Source of the DNA: Daphnia carinata
Lineage: Eukaryota
Direction: 5' to 3'
DNA: 64,000 nt
Assembly: GCF_022539665.2 (NCBI RefSeq)
Contig: NC_081333.1
Coordinates: 4,092,001-4,156,000 of the forward strand
A program made the position numbers and the translations under genes. This document shows positions 26,854 through 41,598 of this stretch, in pieces. The notes under the pieces are model-generated. The model ran no database searches. It saw only the letters and a program-made list of their open reading frames with translations, and was not told the DNA's origin. Position 1 is the stretch's first letter. Each line of letters begins with the position of its first letter.

Positions 26854-28207
26854 ATGTCGCTGTACCCGTCCCTCGAGGATATGGAGGCTGATAAAATGAT
26901 TAAAGTAATTTCAGTTATCCCTTCTTGATAGTTGAGGAGGCGTTTCTTTTTTGCCAACTCATTGTTCTGTTGTAAAAAGAAAACATGGATGATGCATTTC
27001 AATAGGAATAAGTGGAGTTGGCTGAATGTTGAGACCTCAGTATTCCTGAACTGTTGTTGTCCAAATTTTACATAAACATAATTGTTTTCTGTTTTTCAGG
27101 CCCAAATCCAGGAATGCCGTAAGGCTGTACCGGCCCCATCCTATGGTGTCCACCCCCCTCAGAGCATTGGAATACAGTATGAAAATTCTATTCTGTATCC
27201 TTCACTTAATGATTTCATGGGCATGGAAATCACTCCAGAAATGCTTGCTGCCAATCAAGTGGCTCTGTTTCCATCTCAAACAGTAACTTCTTTAATCCAT
27301 TCAATACTGTTTTGCTCATTAATTCCCTGTATTACAACCAGAACACAACAGTAGCTATCTCGAGCCATTCTGCACCTTCAGCCCCTTCGTTTGGAATGGT
27401 AGCCCCTCTATCAGGCCAGAGTATGGGACTAGCCCGTGGCCAAGTGACTCATGGAATTAGAGAATTAGTTCTGTGCAAAGGAAGTGATGGTAAAATAGGA
27501 GTTCGCTGTCAGGTACAGACAAAAAATGTGATTTTTAAAATATAAATCATCTCATACTAGAATTCAAATTTCAGGCTATTTCAAAGGGAATTTTTGTAAG
27601 CTTGGTACAATCTGGATCTCCTGCTGCTCTAGCTGGTTTGCGTTTCGGCGATCAAATTCTCCAGATCAATGGAGAAAACGTTGCAGGATATTCCATGGAT
27701 AAAGTCCACAATATCTTTAAAAAAGCGGGAGTAAACAGTATTCGCGTCGCTGTCCGAGACAGGTATACTACTTTAATATGTCTGTTTTCATATGCGCTAA
27801 AGTTCAAAAAAATTTTCAGGCCTTTCGAAAGGAGTATCACCTTACACAAAGATAGCTTTAGCCACGTAGGCTTTACGTTCAAGGAAGGATGCATCACTAG
27901 CTTGGTGAAGGAATCTTCTGCCGCTCGCAATGGCTTATTGACCGATCACAATCTACTCGAGATCAATGGCCAGAATGTTGTTGGACTAAAAGATAAGGAA
28001 ATTAGTCGTATCATGGATGGTGCTGGAACGTGCGTTACTTTAACAGTCATGCCCAAGTTCCTCTATGAACACATGATTAAGAAGTATGTTCTGTTATTAC
28101 TTTCAATCATTCTTACTTTAAAAATTAAATTATAATTTGGATTGTTTTATAGCATGTCTAGCAATTTGCTGAAAAAATCGATGGATCATTCCGTACCGGA
28201 CCTATAG
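26854..28207 (+). CDS. SDCBP: Syntenin (tandem PDZ adaptor)
   Basis: [10 protein letters not shown] start, [45 protein letters not shown] and C-terminal DHSVPDL. Confidence 0.96.
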
Positions 28208-28568
28208 TGAACGGCGTTTTATCGGAAGTAACGTAGATCAAGTCATTTTGTTTTCTTGCCCAACGATGGTGCATGCAGGGTCGACCAATGAGCCAATCAG
28301 TCGCCCCACACGTTCTATATATTAACACAGTTTCGTGATCCTCCCTCAATTGAATTTAGTTTTCCTTTTTTTCCTTCGTTTTTGACGATGTGATTCGATC
28401 AAGATTTGTTTACATTCGCTGGTTCTGGTCTCAAAAAAAAACTTTTCTTTCTCGTTTGCCATAAAATGAATAAGTTGGGCGCTATATAATCGACGTTGCT
28501 ATATTAATCACAATACATTCTTTCAAAATCTCACAACTTTGCCTTATAACAATAATACTTTCTTTACA

Positions 28569-31097
28569 CTAGAATGGGCGAGGACGAACTGGAAGCTTCA
28601 CGAGAGTCGGCGGCACTAAGTAAATCAACTATTTCCCAGAAATGCAATTTCTCAGCCAACGTTTTCGGACTTAGTAATGATCGAGAAGTGGCTAGATAAG
28701 CATCTGCACCGGCTTTCAACAGGATTCGAATAATTGGCATATCTCTCCTTAATACAGCGGCGTAAAGGGGACTGTCTCCATTCTGTGGAAAAATGCACGA
28801 TCACTCATCGGAAAATTCTGGCCGTTTTCGATTGAATAACAAACCTGGCACAGTTCCAGCGAGGGATTTGCTTGTAACAATTCTCTAACAGCGTCCACGT
28901 GTCCTTTTTGGCAAGCTTTCAACAGCGGCGATACCCCGTCCTACGTGAAAGCAACGAAGGGTATTGACTGTCAACAACGAAGACGGATTGGCGAATCTTT
29001 TACGTTTCTAACGATGTTTGGATTGGCCCCGGCGCTTAATAAAAGACGAACCACATAATCGAAGCCCATTTGTGCAGACATGTAAAGAGCAGTAGCTCCA
29101 TCCAAGCGTCGAATATTGATCATCTCTTCAGCCATCAGAGCGGAGCTGTCCTTTGCTGAATCAGCAATGGCGAGGATAAGAGAAACAACTTTCGCGTGTC
29201 CGTTTTGAGCTGCCAGAAACAGACAAGTAGCTCCATCCTGCAAATTAGAATGAAACGGAAATAAGTCCTATTGCTTTGAGAGTTGAACCAATAAATTGAC
29301 CACAAACTTAACAAGAAGGCAATGGGAAAAAACAACAAGAAGCCCCGCTGTTTTCTTTTTATCGCCACAAATTGCGGTAGCTGACGTCACGGAGCATTTG
29401 GCGTTAAACACGCAAGGCCAATACGCCTTACGCGGAACGGCACAGTAGTCTTTTATTTGTTCCGCAAACTTTCAAAAAGGAAACGATTGCTGGTTTTGTG
29501 ACACTCCTCACTTGGCATGGAACTACGGTTGATTTTAAAGTGTGTTCGTACAAAGCACGAAACAAGAAAGAGAGCCCGTGAATGGTGTGCGTATTTCTCT
29601 CAAACAATCAACATGTCATGACGTAAGCTACCCTCGAGGGGAGTATATGGGTACAATCAACACCATTGATTCTATTGTCACCTCCTTCTCATTCATACTT
29701 GTACGAACCATTTAAGAGTATGATGAAATTTGCCGATCACGCAACATATATAGAGGCCTTACACTTCCTGTTAATTGTATTAGCATTACCTTCATTTGGT
29801 AGTGGATGTCGGCTCCGCTATTTATCAACTCTAGGCAAATTTCGGCATGACCTTGTTGGGCGGCAATCATTAACGCTGTTCCCCCGTCCTGGTGTTAGTC
29901 ATCAGATAACAGCTTTTCAAGATACGGATATCACAGTGATTGCTGCTTTTTTTAAAACTCATATTTACCTTGCATCGACCATTAACTTGAGCTCCCGCAC
30001 GGATGAGTAAGTTGACGATATCGTTGAAACCACCTTGGGCGGCCAAGAATAACGATCCCGCTCCAGTCTGCTGGAAATCACGAGGGGAAAAAAAGACTGG
30101 GATTATAGAGAACATCATAAACGAATGTTGCGGTGTCAATGTACATACCTTTCGGCACAAAGTAGGGTCAGCACCCTGTTTGATCAGTTCTCGGCAGCAT
30201 TCGAAATGCCCGCCGGCAGAGGCCATCATCAACGGAGTTGTTCCTTCCTAAAATGCCACACACAAAAAACGAGAGTAAGAAAAAAAAGAAAATCACATAG
30301 TCAAGGTCTAATGCTGAATAACAAACAACCCTGTGATGAGAGCTGGGAATTTTTCTCGCCCAAAAAAAAAGGAGCAAACAAACGTCATAAAATGATGTGG
30401 GTGTCGGCAGCCAATCGGAAAAATGCGTATTCAGCTTTGAGCACAACTATACAACGTTTAGTTAGGTCAAATAAAAGAGCGGGCGGAAGTCAAAAATTTG
30501 TAATCTAACCGTATCGATAATATCTAGAATGTTGTTCACAACTCTTAGCAATCTTATTGATTAGAGATAGCAAACTTTCTTTTGCTAAACAAAATGGCTT
30601 CTAAATTATACATTTCAGCGGTGTCATTCGGTACCGATTACCTATGCAAAAGCATGTTTCCGGCCTAAATTGTACGTATCCGTTCCCCATTAATGAGGTT
30701 GTATGGCTTTCGTGGTGGCCGTGTGGGATACTTCAAACAGTAAACATTTGAGAGAACAGAGGGTTCAAGTACGGTAGTTATTAATAGAAATATCGCAAAG
30801 GATACACTAACCGGGATTCCAAGACAAGAACTGTTACATTCCGATAGCGGTTGGGCAGTGTACACAGCATCTCGGTTTTTATTTTTACCTTGTCGCGCGA
30901 GTCGGTGTGAACTTTTCCGGATTCAAGCAAGTGTCGCAGGTCCATAACATTTCCTTGTCGAGCAGCCGAATGCAAGCGGACGTCACTTAACGATTCCTTC
31001 TAAATCAACAATTAAAAACAAAAGATATTGGAAATAAATAGGTAAATAGAGCACAGCACATGGTTTGGCAGACACATTTACTCACTTTGTAAGACAT
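28569..31097 (-). CDS. ANKRD29: Ankyrin repeat domain protein 29-like
   Basis: MSYK|KESL..AARQGN..SGKVHTDSRDK, GTTPLMMASAGGH, DGATCLFLAAQNGH and NGDSPLYAAV ankyrin repeats. Confidence 0.85.
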
Positions 31098-31558
31098 GCT
31101 GGGAAGAGAGCGTGAAACACACCAGCGTCTCATGCGGCTCGCCTCTGATCTCTCTTTGAAACTAGAAAAGTCTGAGGCACATTCCTAAAGTTTTGCGGGA
31201 GTGGACTCGGTTTCTGTTTCGGTTAACGACGCCATCTGTCTACTGTTTGCCCAACATAGCGCGATCAAGGTTTCGTTTTACCTTTCTTTTATTCTTTTTG
31301 AAAACACTAACTTGGGAAATACAACCACCCACTTGGACTTGGAACAGAATACATAGATGTAGTTTAAAGAGATGTATGATGAATCAAAGAAAACCCAAAC
31401 CACGATAGGAAGAACAGTGCACTTTGCTGCTCAATAAAGGCTTTTTTCTGCTCGTTTAGCTTTGAAATGTTAAAAAGGAACATCTACAAGAAACAAACAA
31501 ATCCAAAACCAAGAAATTCAAATTCAAGTTATTGGAAATCAGATACGTTTGAAATGAA

Positions 31559-32453
<895 letters not shown>

Positions 32454-32896
32454 TCACTGACAGAAAGTTATACTAAGCCACGTACCTTCTTGTCAGCAGA
32501 CCGAACATACACGTCAATGAACGAGACCCTGCCTGGTTTCCTTATACTCCTCCCACCGGTTTCTACACGGTCGGTGGTAACGAGTAGGAGGAACTAGCCA
32601 TGCATTAACCAATGTGACACAACTGGTCCCGCGTGAAAGCGGGTGCGGGCTAAGCAGCAACTAAAACCACGATATCAAGCATTTGTTTTTTGTGGTGAAT
32701 TTTTTTTTATATTGAGGCTTTGATGCAATCTTTTTGAACTTTTATTTCCTAGATAATTTATAAAGATATAAATGATAAGTGACGACTGGTGAAATCAGTT
32801 TGCACTTTACCGTATGCCGATGCCGGCGTCTGCTGGCTTTGAGACACAAGGAGGCGCGCGCGCTAGTTGCTAGAATATTAAAAGTTCCGCACATCC

Positions 32897-32910
32897 ATTG
32901 CTTAGGCAAC
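32897..32910 (+). promoter_or_regulatory. RFX X-box-like site upstream of the kinesin-2 gene
   Basis: ATTGCTTAGGCAAC about 190 bp upstream of the KIF3B ATG, in the divergent CMPK1/KIF3B interval. Confidence 0.5.
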
Positions 32911-33102
32911 AACAACAACAAAACTGCGCGGAAGTGAATGTATCGAGTCGGCTTGTTCCCTCACCGACTTCGTCATCCATCCCACACACCCTTATCAATT
33001 TGCAAAATGAATTGATTTGAGTGAGTGTTGGGCCGGCTTCCGGAATAAGCTGTCCTATAAGCTTGCATGTAGGAAACGAAGAATTTTAGTCAATCTTGAA
33101 AA

Positions 33103-35925
33103 ATGAGTGCAGAAACGGTTAAGGTGATAGTTCGGTGCAGACCCATGAACGAAAAAGAAACATCCGAAAATTATGAAGGGTATTAAATAATTAAAAGAAT
33201 GCATTTTATCAATTTTTAACATGTTTATCTTAAAGAATTGTAAATGTGCTACCAAAACGGGGTGCTATTGAAATCCTAACACCTACAAAACCACAGACCT
33301 CAAGGGAATTTACTTTTGATTGTGTGTATGATTCAACGTAAGTGCCTATTTATTCAAGTGGTTGTTTTTATTTTACAGAATTTGAGTTTTGATGTTTTCT
33401 TTTTTTTTTTTTAGTTCAAATCAAAAAGATCTCTATGATGAGTCCTTCAAGCCTCTGGTTGATTCAGTGCTTCAGGGTTATAATGGGACAATCTTTGCTT
33501 ATGGCCAAACAGGAACAGGTAAAACGTACACCATGGAAGGTGTTGCAAAGGATCCTGATAAGCAAGGTGTTATTCCACGCTCATTTGAGCATATATTTAA
33601 TCATATTGCTCAGTCTCATGACCGACAGTACTTGGTCAGAGCATCTTATCTGGAAATTTATAAGGAACAAATCAGGTCTATATTTTCACTTTACTTTCTG
33701 TGGAAAACCTAAAATAAATCTATTGCGTGAATAGAGATTTGGTATCGAAAGATCCAAAAAAACGGCTTGAACTAAAGGAAAATTCTGATACCGGAGTATT
33801 TGTCAAGGACCTTTCGTCCTTTGTTTGCAAAAGCGTGGTTGAAATCGAACACGTAATGAATGTTGGCAACGTTAACCGCTCGACTGGGTAAAATATTTAC
33901 TTAGAAAATTTTAATATGGCTCTCGCAATTAAATTTTTATTTAATAGTGCTACTAATATGAACGAGCATAGCAGCCGGTCTCATGCTATATTCATGATAA
34001 CAGTTGAGTCCTGTGACGTTGGGCAAAATGAAGAAAATCACATCGTGGTTGGAAAGTTAAATCTTGTCGATTTGGCTGGCAGCGAGCGACAGACGAAAAC
34101 AGGGGCATCTGGTAAATTATTAATAAAACCATGCTTGAAAAATAATAAAATTTTTCTTTCTGTTTTTCTCCATAATGAAGGTGACAGACTGAAAGAAGCA
34201 AGTAAAATAAATTTATCGCTCTCAGCCTTGGGCAACGTAATTTCCGCTCTTGTCGATGGTAAAAATGGTCACATCCCTTATCGAGATTCTAAGTTGACGC
34301 GTCTTCTACAAGGTAAAGTCTGTAACATTTTTTCAAATATGAACACCATTTCTTAAGCCAATCAATACTTTTTCTCTAGACTCCTTGGGTGGCAATTCGC
34401 GGACAGTGATGGTGGCCAACATTGGCCCAGCTTCATATAATTATGAAGAAACTTTAACGACGCTTCGTTACGCTAATCGAGCCAAGCATATCCGTAATAA
34501 ACCTCAAATCAACGAAGATCCCAAAGACGCTCTTCTTCGCAGCTTTCAACAAGAGATAGCACGTCTAAAGGCCTCCTTAATTAATAAAAAAACTAAGCCA
34601 AAAAGGAAGGGTGAGGGTGGATTACACGATGTATCGAAATCTTGTGACGACTGGGCTGATGATACGGAAGCTGAATTGGAACAAGAAAGGAAGGATATTC
34701 TCAATAACAGTAGCCTCATTGCCGAAGAGAGGGATCAACTTCTTAAGGTATCATCGTTTTAAATTGTAATTACAAATGGCATTATTTGATTGAGTACAAT
34801 TTTGCTTCCTAGACATTGCAGAACAAACAAGAAGAGCTCCACAAGAAACGCGAGAATCAAGAAAAACTCGCTTCTAGAATCGAAGCTCTCGAGAGCAAAC
34901 TACTAACTGGTCATATTGGTGCTACGTCAGAGAATGTGACAATCGAAGATGTAACGAAGAAGCAACAGCAAACGCTGGAAGCTCACCGTCAAGAGATTAT
35001 CGAACGCGAGGTAATTAAATCAATACAGCATTTTGAACGGTGTACTGACTAGTATTTGCAGCGCCAAGAACGAGAGATACGCCAGAAGCTGGAAAGCCAA
35101 GATGAGGAGGTAATCGATTTCAAGGAGAACTTCAGTTCGCTTCAACAGGAGATCGATTATAAGACAAGAAAATTGCGCAAAATGTACGCTCGCTGGCAGA
35201 GCGTCCGTCAGGAAATGACCGATCTCAGCGATGAGTTTGGCCGGCAGCGGCGCGAGCTGGAAGAAACGCAGGAAGTGCTGATGAAGGAGCTAAGGCTCAA
35301 GCAGCTAATCGTCAGCCACTTCGTTCCTCCCGATTTCCGGCGCCAGATCACGTCGCGTTTGCGTTACGAGGAGGATGAAGAGAAATGGTCATTGAGTCCA
35401 GCAACGGAGATGCCTTTGCTGCCCAGAGGATGTGCCTCCAAGTTCGAACTAAGACCGACATCGGATTTCGAAAAACTGGCCCGTTCAGCAGAAGAATCCT
35501 CCTCGTTCGGTCGATTCAAAGTAACGACAATTTTGTTGTTTCTGAAATGTTTCAAAGATAACAAATTTTAATGTGTATAGTGCGAGAACATTTTCCTGCT
35601 GAGCCTGGATATTCCCCAGAGGACCACCAAGGAATACGAAGGCCCGGAGATCTCTCCGACATTGCAGGCGGCTCTGACGGAGGCGCTACAGTCTCAAAGT
35701 CACCCGATGGAAGTCCAGTCGTCCAAATACAAGCCGGTTGACATCCATTCGTTCTTGAAATCGGCTTGCCGCCGCAAGATGCAACTAATCCAGCGTCCGA
35801 GATCGCGCAATTCGGCCAAGTATAACAATTCGCCATCGCACAAGCGTCACCCCCAAGGCCATGCGCCGGATGGAACCATAACAGCCGCACCGTATCCCAA
35901 ATCACGAGGTCTTGTACCAAAGTAG
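33103..35925 (+). CDS. KIF3B: Kinesin-2 motor subunit (KIF3B/Klp68D-like)
   Basis: [57 protein letters not shown] and C-terminal [10 protein letters not shown]. Confidence 0.93.
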
Positions 35926-37236
35926 AGAACCCGATCGCTATCCACTTCTTGGGTAAGTCGCCACTTCAACATTCACCCTATTTATCCAAGTGCTTACGAA
36001 ATATCCAATGCTTTATTTAGTCCACACCCTACCAAGACGATGGCCTCGTCCTTTACCAGGTAGTTTGTTGCGTAAGTTGGATTTGGAGAGTACGCGAAAG
36101 CGTTCTCTGCTCATCCGTTGCAATCCCCAACGTCACATCAACGCTCTGACCTTCCTGGATTTGGTTTATCTCGTCTGCCTTTGTCACATCGCCTACTGCA
36201 TCTATCGAGCGGTCGTCGATCTTTTGTCATTTTGAGAAGTCTTTTTTTTTTCTTTTTCTTTATGGACATTTTTTTTTACGATGACGATCTCCTCATTGCA
36301 GTTGTCACATGCTAGTCGATCGGCAGCTGTTTCCTCCCCCCCAATCTCAGTTTTTAACATCACCCTCCTTGGTTCCATTCGGCGTTAAACTCGCAATCCT
36401 TTTACGTTGTTTTTGATGATTTGGTTAGATTTTTTTTATTCGTTAACACAGTTATTGATGTTGTGAGTAGTTTGTATTATCTTATGTTAATTGGTTTTAA
36501 AATAGATGGATAACACCGGAGATTCGTCGCGCGTGCAATCGCTTTGCATTTACAACTGTCGGGCGTTCCACTGAAACCGGAAAAAGAGGGGAAATTGAGA
36601 CATAGCACTTGACAAAACGATCAGTTCGTAGCCTTCGGTTTCGTGCGTGTTTGCGCCATAGTGGGTGAAATTGGGGCCATTTGGTAATCGATAAATGTGC
36701 GGTGGTTGCATTCAGTTGTTTCTATGGTAGCAAATAGATGCACACCAACTACCAATCAAGAAACTAGACAATCGTATAATTGTCCTAAACCTTAAAACAT
36801 GCAGTTTTATTTCTAGGAATAACCTAAACTAGACTACTAGCACGTGACTATCGATTTGTAAACCAACTGACACGCACACAAATAACAACTTAGATCTACC
36901 GTAAAATGCTTTGATGTGTATTGCACCAAAGGGAAAGAAGGGAAAACAATACTAAGTTGTAATTAGTTGTCTTTCTCTAACTACAGGTTGTACTAGAGTT
37001 TAAAGGGATAGCACAGAGTGATTTTATCTATTCCTTGGAGATGCATCTGAAATTATCGACACACGAGACTTTTTGGACTTTGTAACCGTAATTTTTTTCG
37101 ATTATCACGGCTCTGAACGCAAAGCAGTCTAGAAATTCAGAAGAGAGATAACAACTGAAAGCCAAACAGCAGTGGAAGTTTGCTTTGTGTAGGGTATTTA
37201 GAAAAAATTGGATACCTGGCCTCCTTAGAAACTGAA

Positions 37237-38241
37237 ATGGACATTGTGTTGGACTATTCTGAAGAATTCTTTTTTAAGCCCTACATTTATCCCGAAACAT
37301 GGCGACAGGACGATCCGTTAAGACAGCTGATCAACTTGTATGTCGTAACCAACATAGGGGGCGCTCTGCTGTATTTATCTTGTGCGACGGCTAGTTTCTA
37401 TTTGTTATTTGATCATCAGCTAATGAAGCACCCTCTATTTATAAAGGTAAAAATTAATTAATTTTATGTTTTGCTTCAATTTAACTATCTTTAACCTACA
37501 GGATCAAGTGAAATTGGAGATTCAGTACACGTTGAAGTCTGTTCCATGGATTAGTATTCCGACTGTGGCGCTCTTCTTCCTCGAAGTGCGAGGCCATAGC
37601 AAACTCTATGATGAAGTTGAACCATCACCCTTAGGTAAAATTTGGTAAACAATGTATCAATCCCACATTTTTCAATTTGGAAAATTTTTGCAGGTTGGAT
37701 GAAAGAGTTTGCTAATTTTGTATTCTTTGTACTGTTCACGGACATGTTGATCTACTGGATTCATCGATTCCTTCACCACAAGACCATTTACAAGGCATTA
37801 CCATTTCTTAACAAATCACCTACTTAACTAAGTTCTAAATCAATGTAATCTCATTTCTAGCATTTTCATAAGCCACACCATATTTGGAAAGTACCATCGC
37901 CATTTGCCAGTCACGCTTTTCATCCGGTAGATGGCTTCCTGCAGAGTGCCCCGTACCATATTTTTGTCTTCTTGTTCCCCTTGCATAAATTGACCTACCT
38001 CGGTCTATACGTCATCGTCAACATGTGGTCGACGTCCATTCACGATGGCATGTTTTTGGTCCCCAAAGCCCTGCAACCTATCATTAATGGAGCTGCCAAC
38101 CATACCGTCCACCATCTCTACTTTGATTACAATTACGGACAGTATTTCACCTTATGGGACCGCATTGGGGGATCCTATCTAGATCCGTCCATTAAGTTGT
38201 TGGAAGAGAAGGGTGCTTCGTGGAAAGAAAAGCTCAACTAA
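37237..38241 (+). CDS. SC5D: Sterol C5-desaturase (lathosterol oxidase)
   Basis: MDIVLD..YIYPETW..DDPLRQ; His boxes HRFLH, HKPHH and [14 protein letters not shown] and [15 protein letters not shown]. Confidence 0.93.
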
Positions 38242-38534
38242 AGGCTGTGGTGTTCTGTACATTGAGGTTTCTAGCTTAAAGAAATTGGATTTTAAATGGT
38301 GCAAGTCAATTCTAAGCTGGTAGTGAGTAAAACATAATGTGGTTCTTCAGTGTTATAATATATCAACGACGTCATGGCGATTGTTTCTGTGCTTTCTCTT
38401 TAAAAAAAAGTAATTTCCAAGGAATTCAACGATGGATTTGCGTTGAGCTCGAAAAATTGTCATATTCTCGTCGCCGTTAACCCAGGTGATAGTCGTTGAT
38501 AACGTTTCACACAGTTGGTTCTTTGTAGTAAGTC

Positions 38535-39334
38535 ATGCTCCACATTTTGGTAAGTAGGCCTCAACTGTATTACTTCAAATCATCGTTTTTCCTAACTATT
38601 GTATTTTTCAAACGTAACCAGGTACTATTAGTCATGACCATAATGCCAATCCTGGCAAAAAATGGTAATCTCAAATTAGGATGTTAATAGAATAGGTGTT
38701 ATTTAACACATTATTTGATAACCTTGAATTAATTTTAGATGTCTTGACAAAAATTGAGGCTGGAGAATCGTTTAACGTTCGACTGAGATTTATGAATACG
38801 CAAGATTATCTCTGTGTGGTGGAAAGTAATTACTCGGAAGATGATAGACGTCGTCGAGTGCTCAGTTTCCCACTGGGGGAAGAATTAGAGAGAAACACAA
38901 TGCTTGACTGGTTGCTGGAACCTGTGCAACAAGGCCAAGAAAATGCACCTGTAGTTGTCCGCTTCAGCAGTATTAAACATCCGGGAGAATACCTAATAGC
39001 TGGAACAGACGCTTTGACGTTGGACGAGAATCGACGCAAAGTCTATACTTGGAAAGAAACGGGAACGGATTTCAGCGAATGGGGTGGTCCGCATGATTGG
39101 CTTCTGCTAGAAAACCAGATGCCACCTGAGGATCGTTCTTCGTCCAATTCGTTTATTTTACGTAATAAGAAATTCAACGAGGATCTTTACGTCAGCAAAG
39201 AGCAATTTGAACTTAATCCCAAGTACCGCGCAGTTTATACCTGGCGTCAAGACATTAAGAATGAAAATTCAGCCAGTGGAGCTTCAATAAGCGCGTGGGA
39301 GATCATCATTCAAAAGGAAAATCCATCATCGTGA
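38535..39334 (+). CDS. Secreted protein with three RRxVxTW-type repeats (putative beta-trefoil)
   Basis: Signal peptide built from two micro-exons (MLHIL|VLLVMTIMPILAKN|D); repeats YL..DDRRRRVLSF, EYL..DENRRKVYTW and EDLY..YRAVYTW. Confidence 0.65.
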
Positions 39335-39776
39335 ACTTGCCCTGCAATCATTTCACTTCGTCTTGTTATATTTGTAGTTGTTCTCTTCCTCTGTAGTATA
39401 ATGTCTCAGCGAATCTGTAGATCACGCAGAGAAAATATCTAATGTGTTTAGTTTCTCGACAGTTGGTTGATTTAGTGCCATGTCTACGTTAGGCCCGGTT
39501 TCCGCCAAGATGGATTTTAAACACTTGCAGGATTTCCATGTCTGTAGAATGCCAAAAAGGATTTGTCGACTGGCATTACTTCAGTCGCATTGAGTCATGT
39601 GTTATTTTGAGTCCTGATAATGTGAGATAATATAGTTTGGGAGCGTGAAACCCGGCGAATGCGTTCGTCTAGTACTTTATCAGTTCGGTACCACAACATC
39701 CGACAGCAAGTGTGTCACCGTTCGCCGGCGTGAATGTTGGTTTTATTAAATAGCTGGCCGCATCGAACACCACAAG

Positions 39777-41598
39777 ATGGCTGGAAGTAATACCGTAAAC
39801 TGTGAAATTATTAAAATGTTTTATGGTGTCAAAAGCTTTTGTCAGATTAGAGAGTGATTGCGCATTGTGTTTGTCATTGTTTACGTCATTGTTTACGGAT
39901 TTTTCATTGTTTACCTTGATAGCATGTGAATCTTGGGAAGAGGACGACCGTGAAGGAGATTTCAGAAAAACTGGCCAGACGTGTTACAACAGAGAAAAAC
40001 AATCGAACGATGGCGGACATGTCTTTGACTGTGCTTTTCATCCGACCCGGCCTTTACTAGCGTGCGGATTAAGTAATGGATCGATCCGGTTATTCCGTGG
40101 TCGGGATGCAGACGCAGTGTTCGATAGCTGGACAATAGACGACCGATTCCGATTGGACAACGCGACCCACATCAACTGCTTGGCTTGGAACGTAACAACT
40201 CCGTTCTGATATTGTAAAGCTTTTAAAACGGAATATTCAATTCTTATTTTCTAAACAGGTGGATGGAACGCGGTTAGCGGCCGGATGCTTTGACGGGACA
40301 GTTGCAATATGGCAGTGCAATGGAACCGATGACTCTGTTATACCTTACCAAGCAAAAGAACATAATTTAGCAGTATTTGACATCATCTGGAATCGATGGA
40401 ACTGTTACCTGTTTGCCACACGAAGCCGGGATGAAGTATTAAATTACAATAGAATTTATCTGTGTGACAATTTTAATAATTGTGGATTGGATGCTCTAGG
40501 GAGAACTCCAGAGGATATTTACATGGAACTCAGATTCGAACGAACCAGTGTATTGTCAATGCCTCGAACTCGACACGAAATTCGTTTGGGATTTCGAATG
40601 GATCTCTTCTACACGGCTGGCCGCATGTACTTATGAAGGAACTATCCTCATTTGTGAAATCGGGTCTAAACTGCCGGTTAGGCGTCTCAGCCACGTACAG
40701 TAGAAAGAGTTTTTAATGTTAAATAAAGTTTACGTGACTGGTATAAGATAATTCTTCGTTCAACTCTAGCCTGGTGTACGGAAAGTTCGATGGCATTTCG
40801 CGTTGCACTATCTCATTTCATGTTCAACTGATGGATCAATTAAGGTAAATTCAAAGCTTAACTAATTTCAAACCTCACCGTAAAGCTTTTTTCATTCTGT
40901 TCAGGTTTGGTCTAAAAACAGGCATCAAGAAGTCGGCGAGATCCAACTGGAGAACCGAGTCTATTGCGTCGATTGCCACGGACTTCGATCCGGCGGATCC
41001 GCTTTGATTGCCAGGTGCTTTATCTTTATGGATTGATTCAACTGTATAGAGACATTAAGCCAAAATTTCGTTTTGAGGCAATTATCGAATAATTTTGACA
41101 ATATTTTTGTTAATCAGTGGGCTAGAAGATGGAACAGTTGCCATTTGGCACGTGACGGAAAACCGATTACAAATTCTCAGTGAACATTATTTGGATGCCG
41201 TCACTTGCATCTCGTTTTCACCTGACGGACAGTACCTGGCAACGTTAGATAATGAAGAAAAACTGATTATTTGGTCTACGGCGGTACTGTCACATAAATC
41301 ATTATCGTCTATCGTAGACTTTGATAATGCTATTTGACGATTACAGAATTGGGTCGTAATCTTTCATCACTTTAAACCAGCAACCGAATACTGGAATCAT
41401 ATCAGGTGGAATACCACCAGCAACAAATTAGCGATATCCAGTACTTCTCACGAGGTAAAATAACAATTCTAAATTCCTTATTCTTTACACGAAGGGCCCC
41501 TAAAAACTTTACAAGTTATTATCTCAATGAAAATGCAGATCCATATTATCGAGCTGGAAGATGAATTCGAAGACTGCATCAGCTCACATGACGAATAA
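39777..41598 (+). CDS. WD40-repeat protein, divergent TBL1/ebi-like
   Basis: CAFHP..LLACG, INCLAWNVDGTRLAAGCFDG, DFEWISSTRLAACT and VTCISFSPDGQYLAT; in-frame multi-exon structure. Confidence 0.8.
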
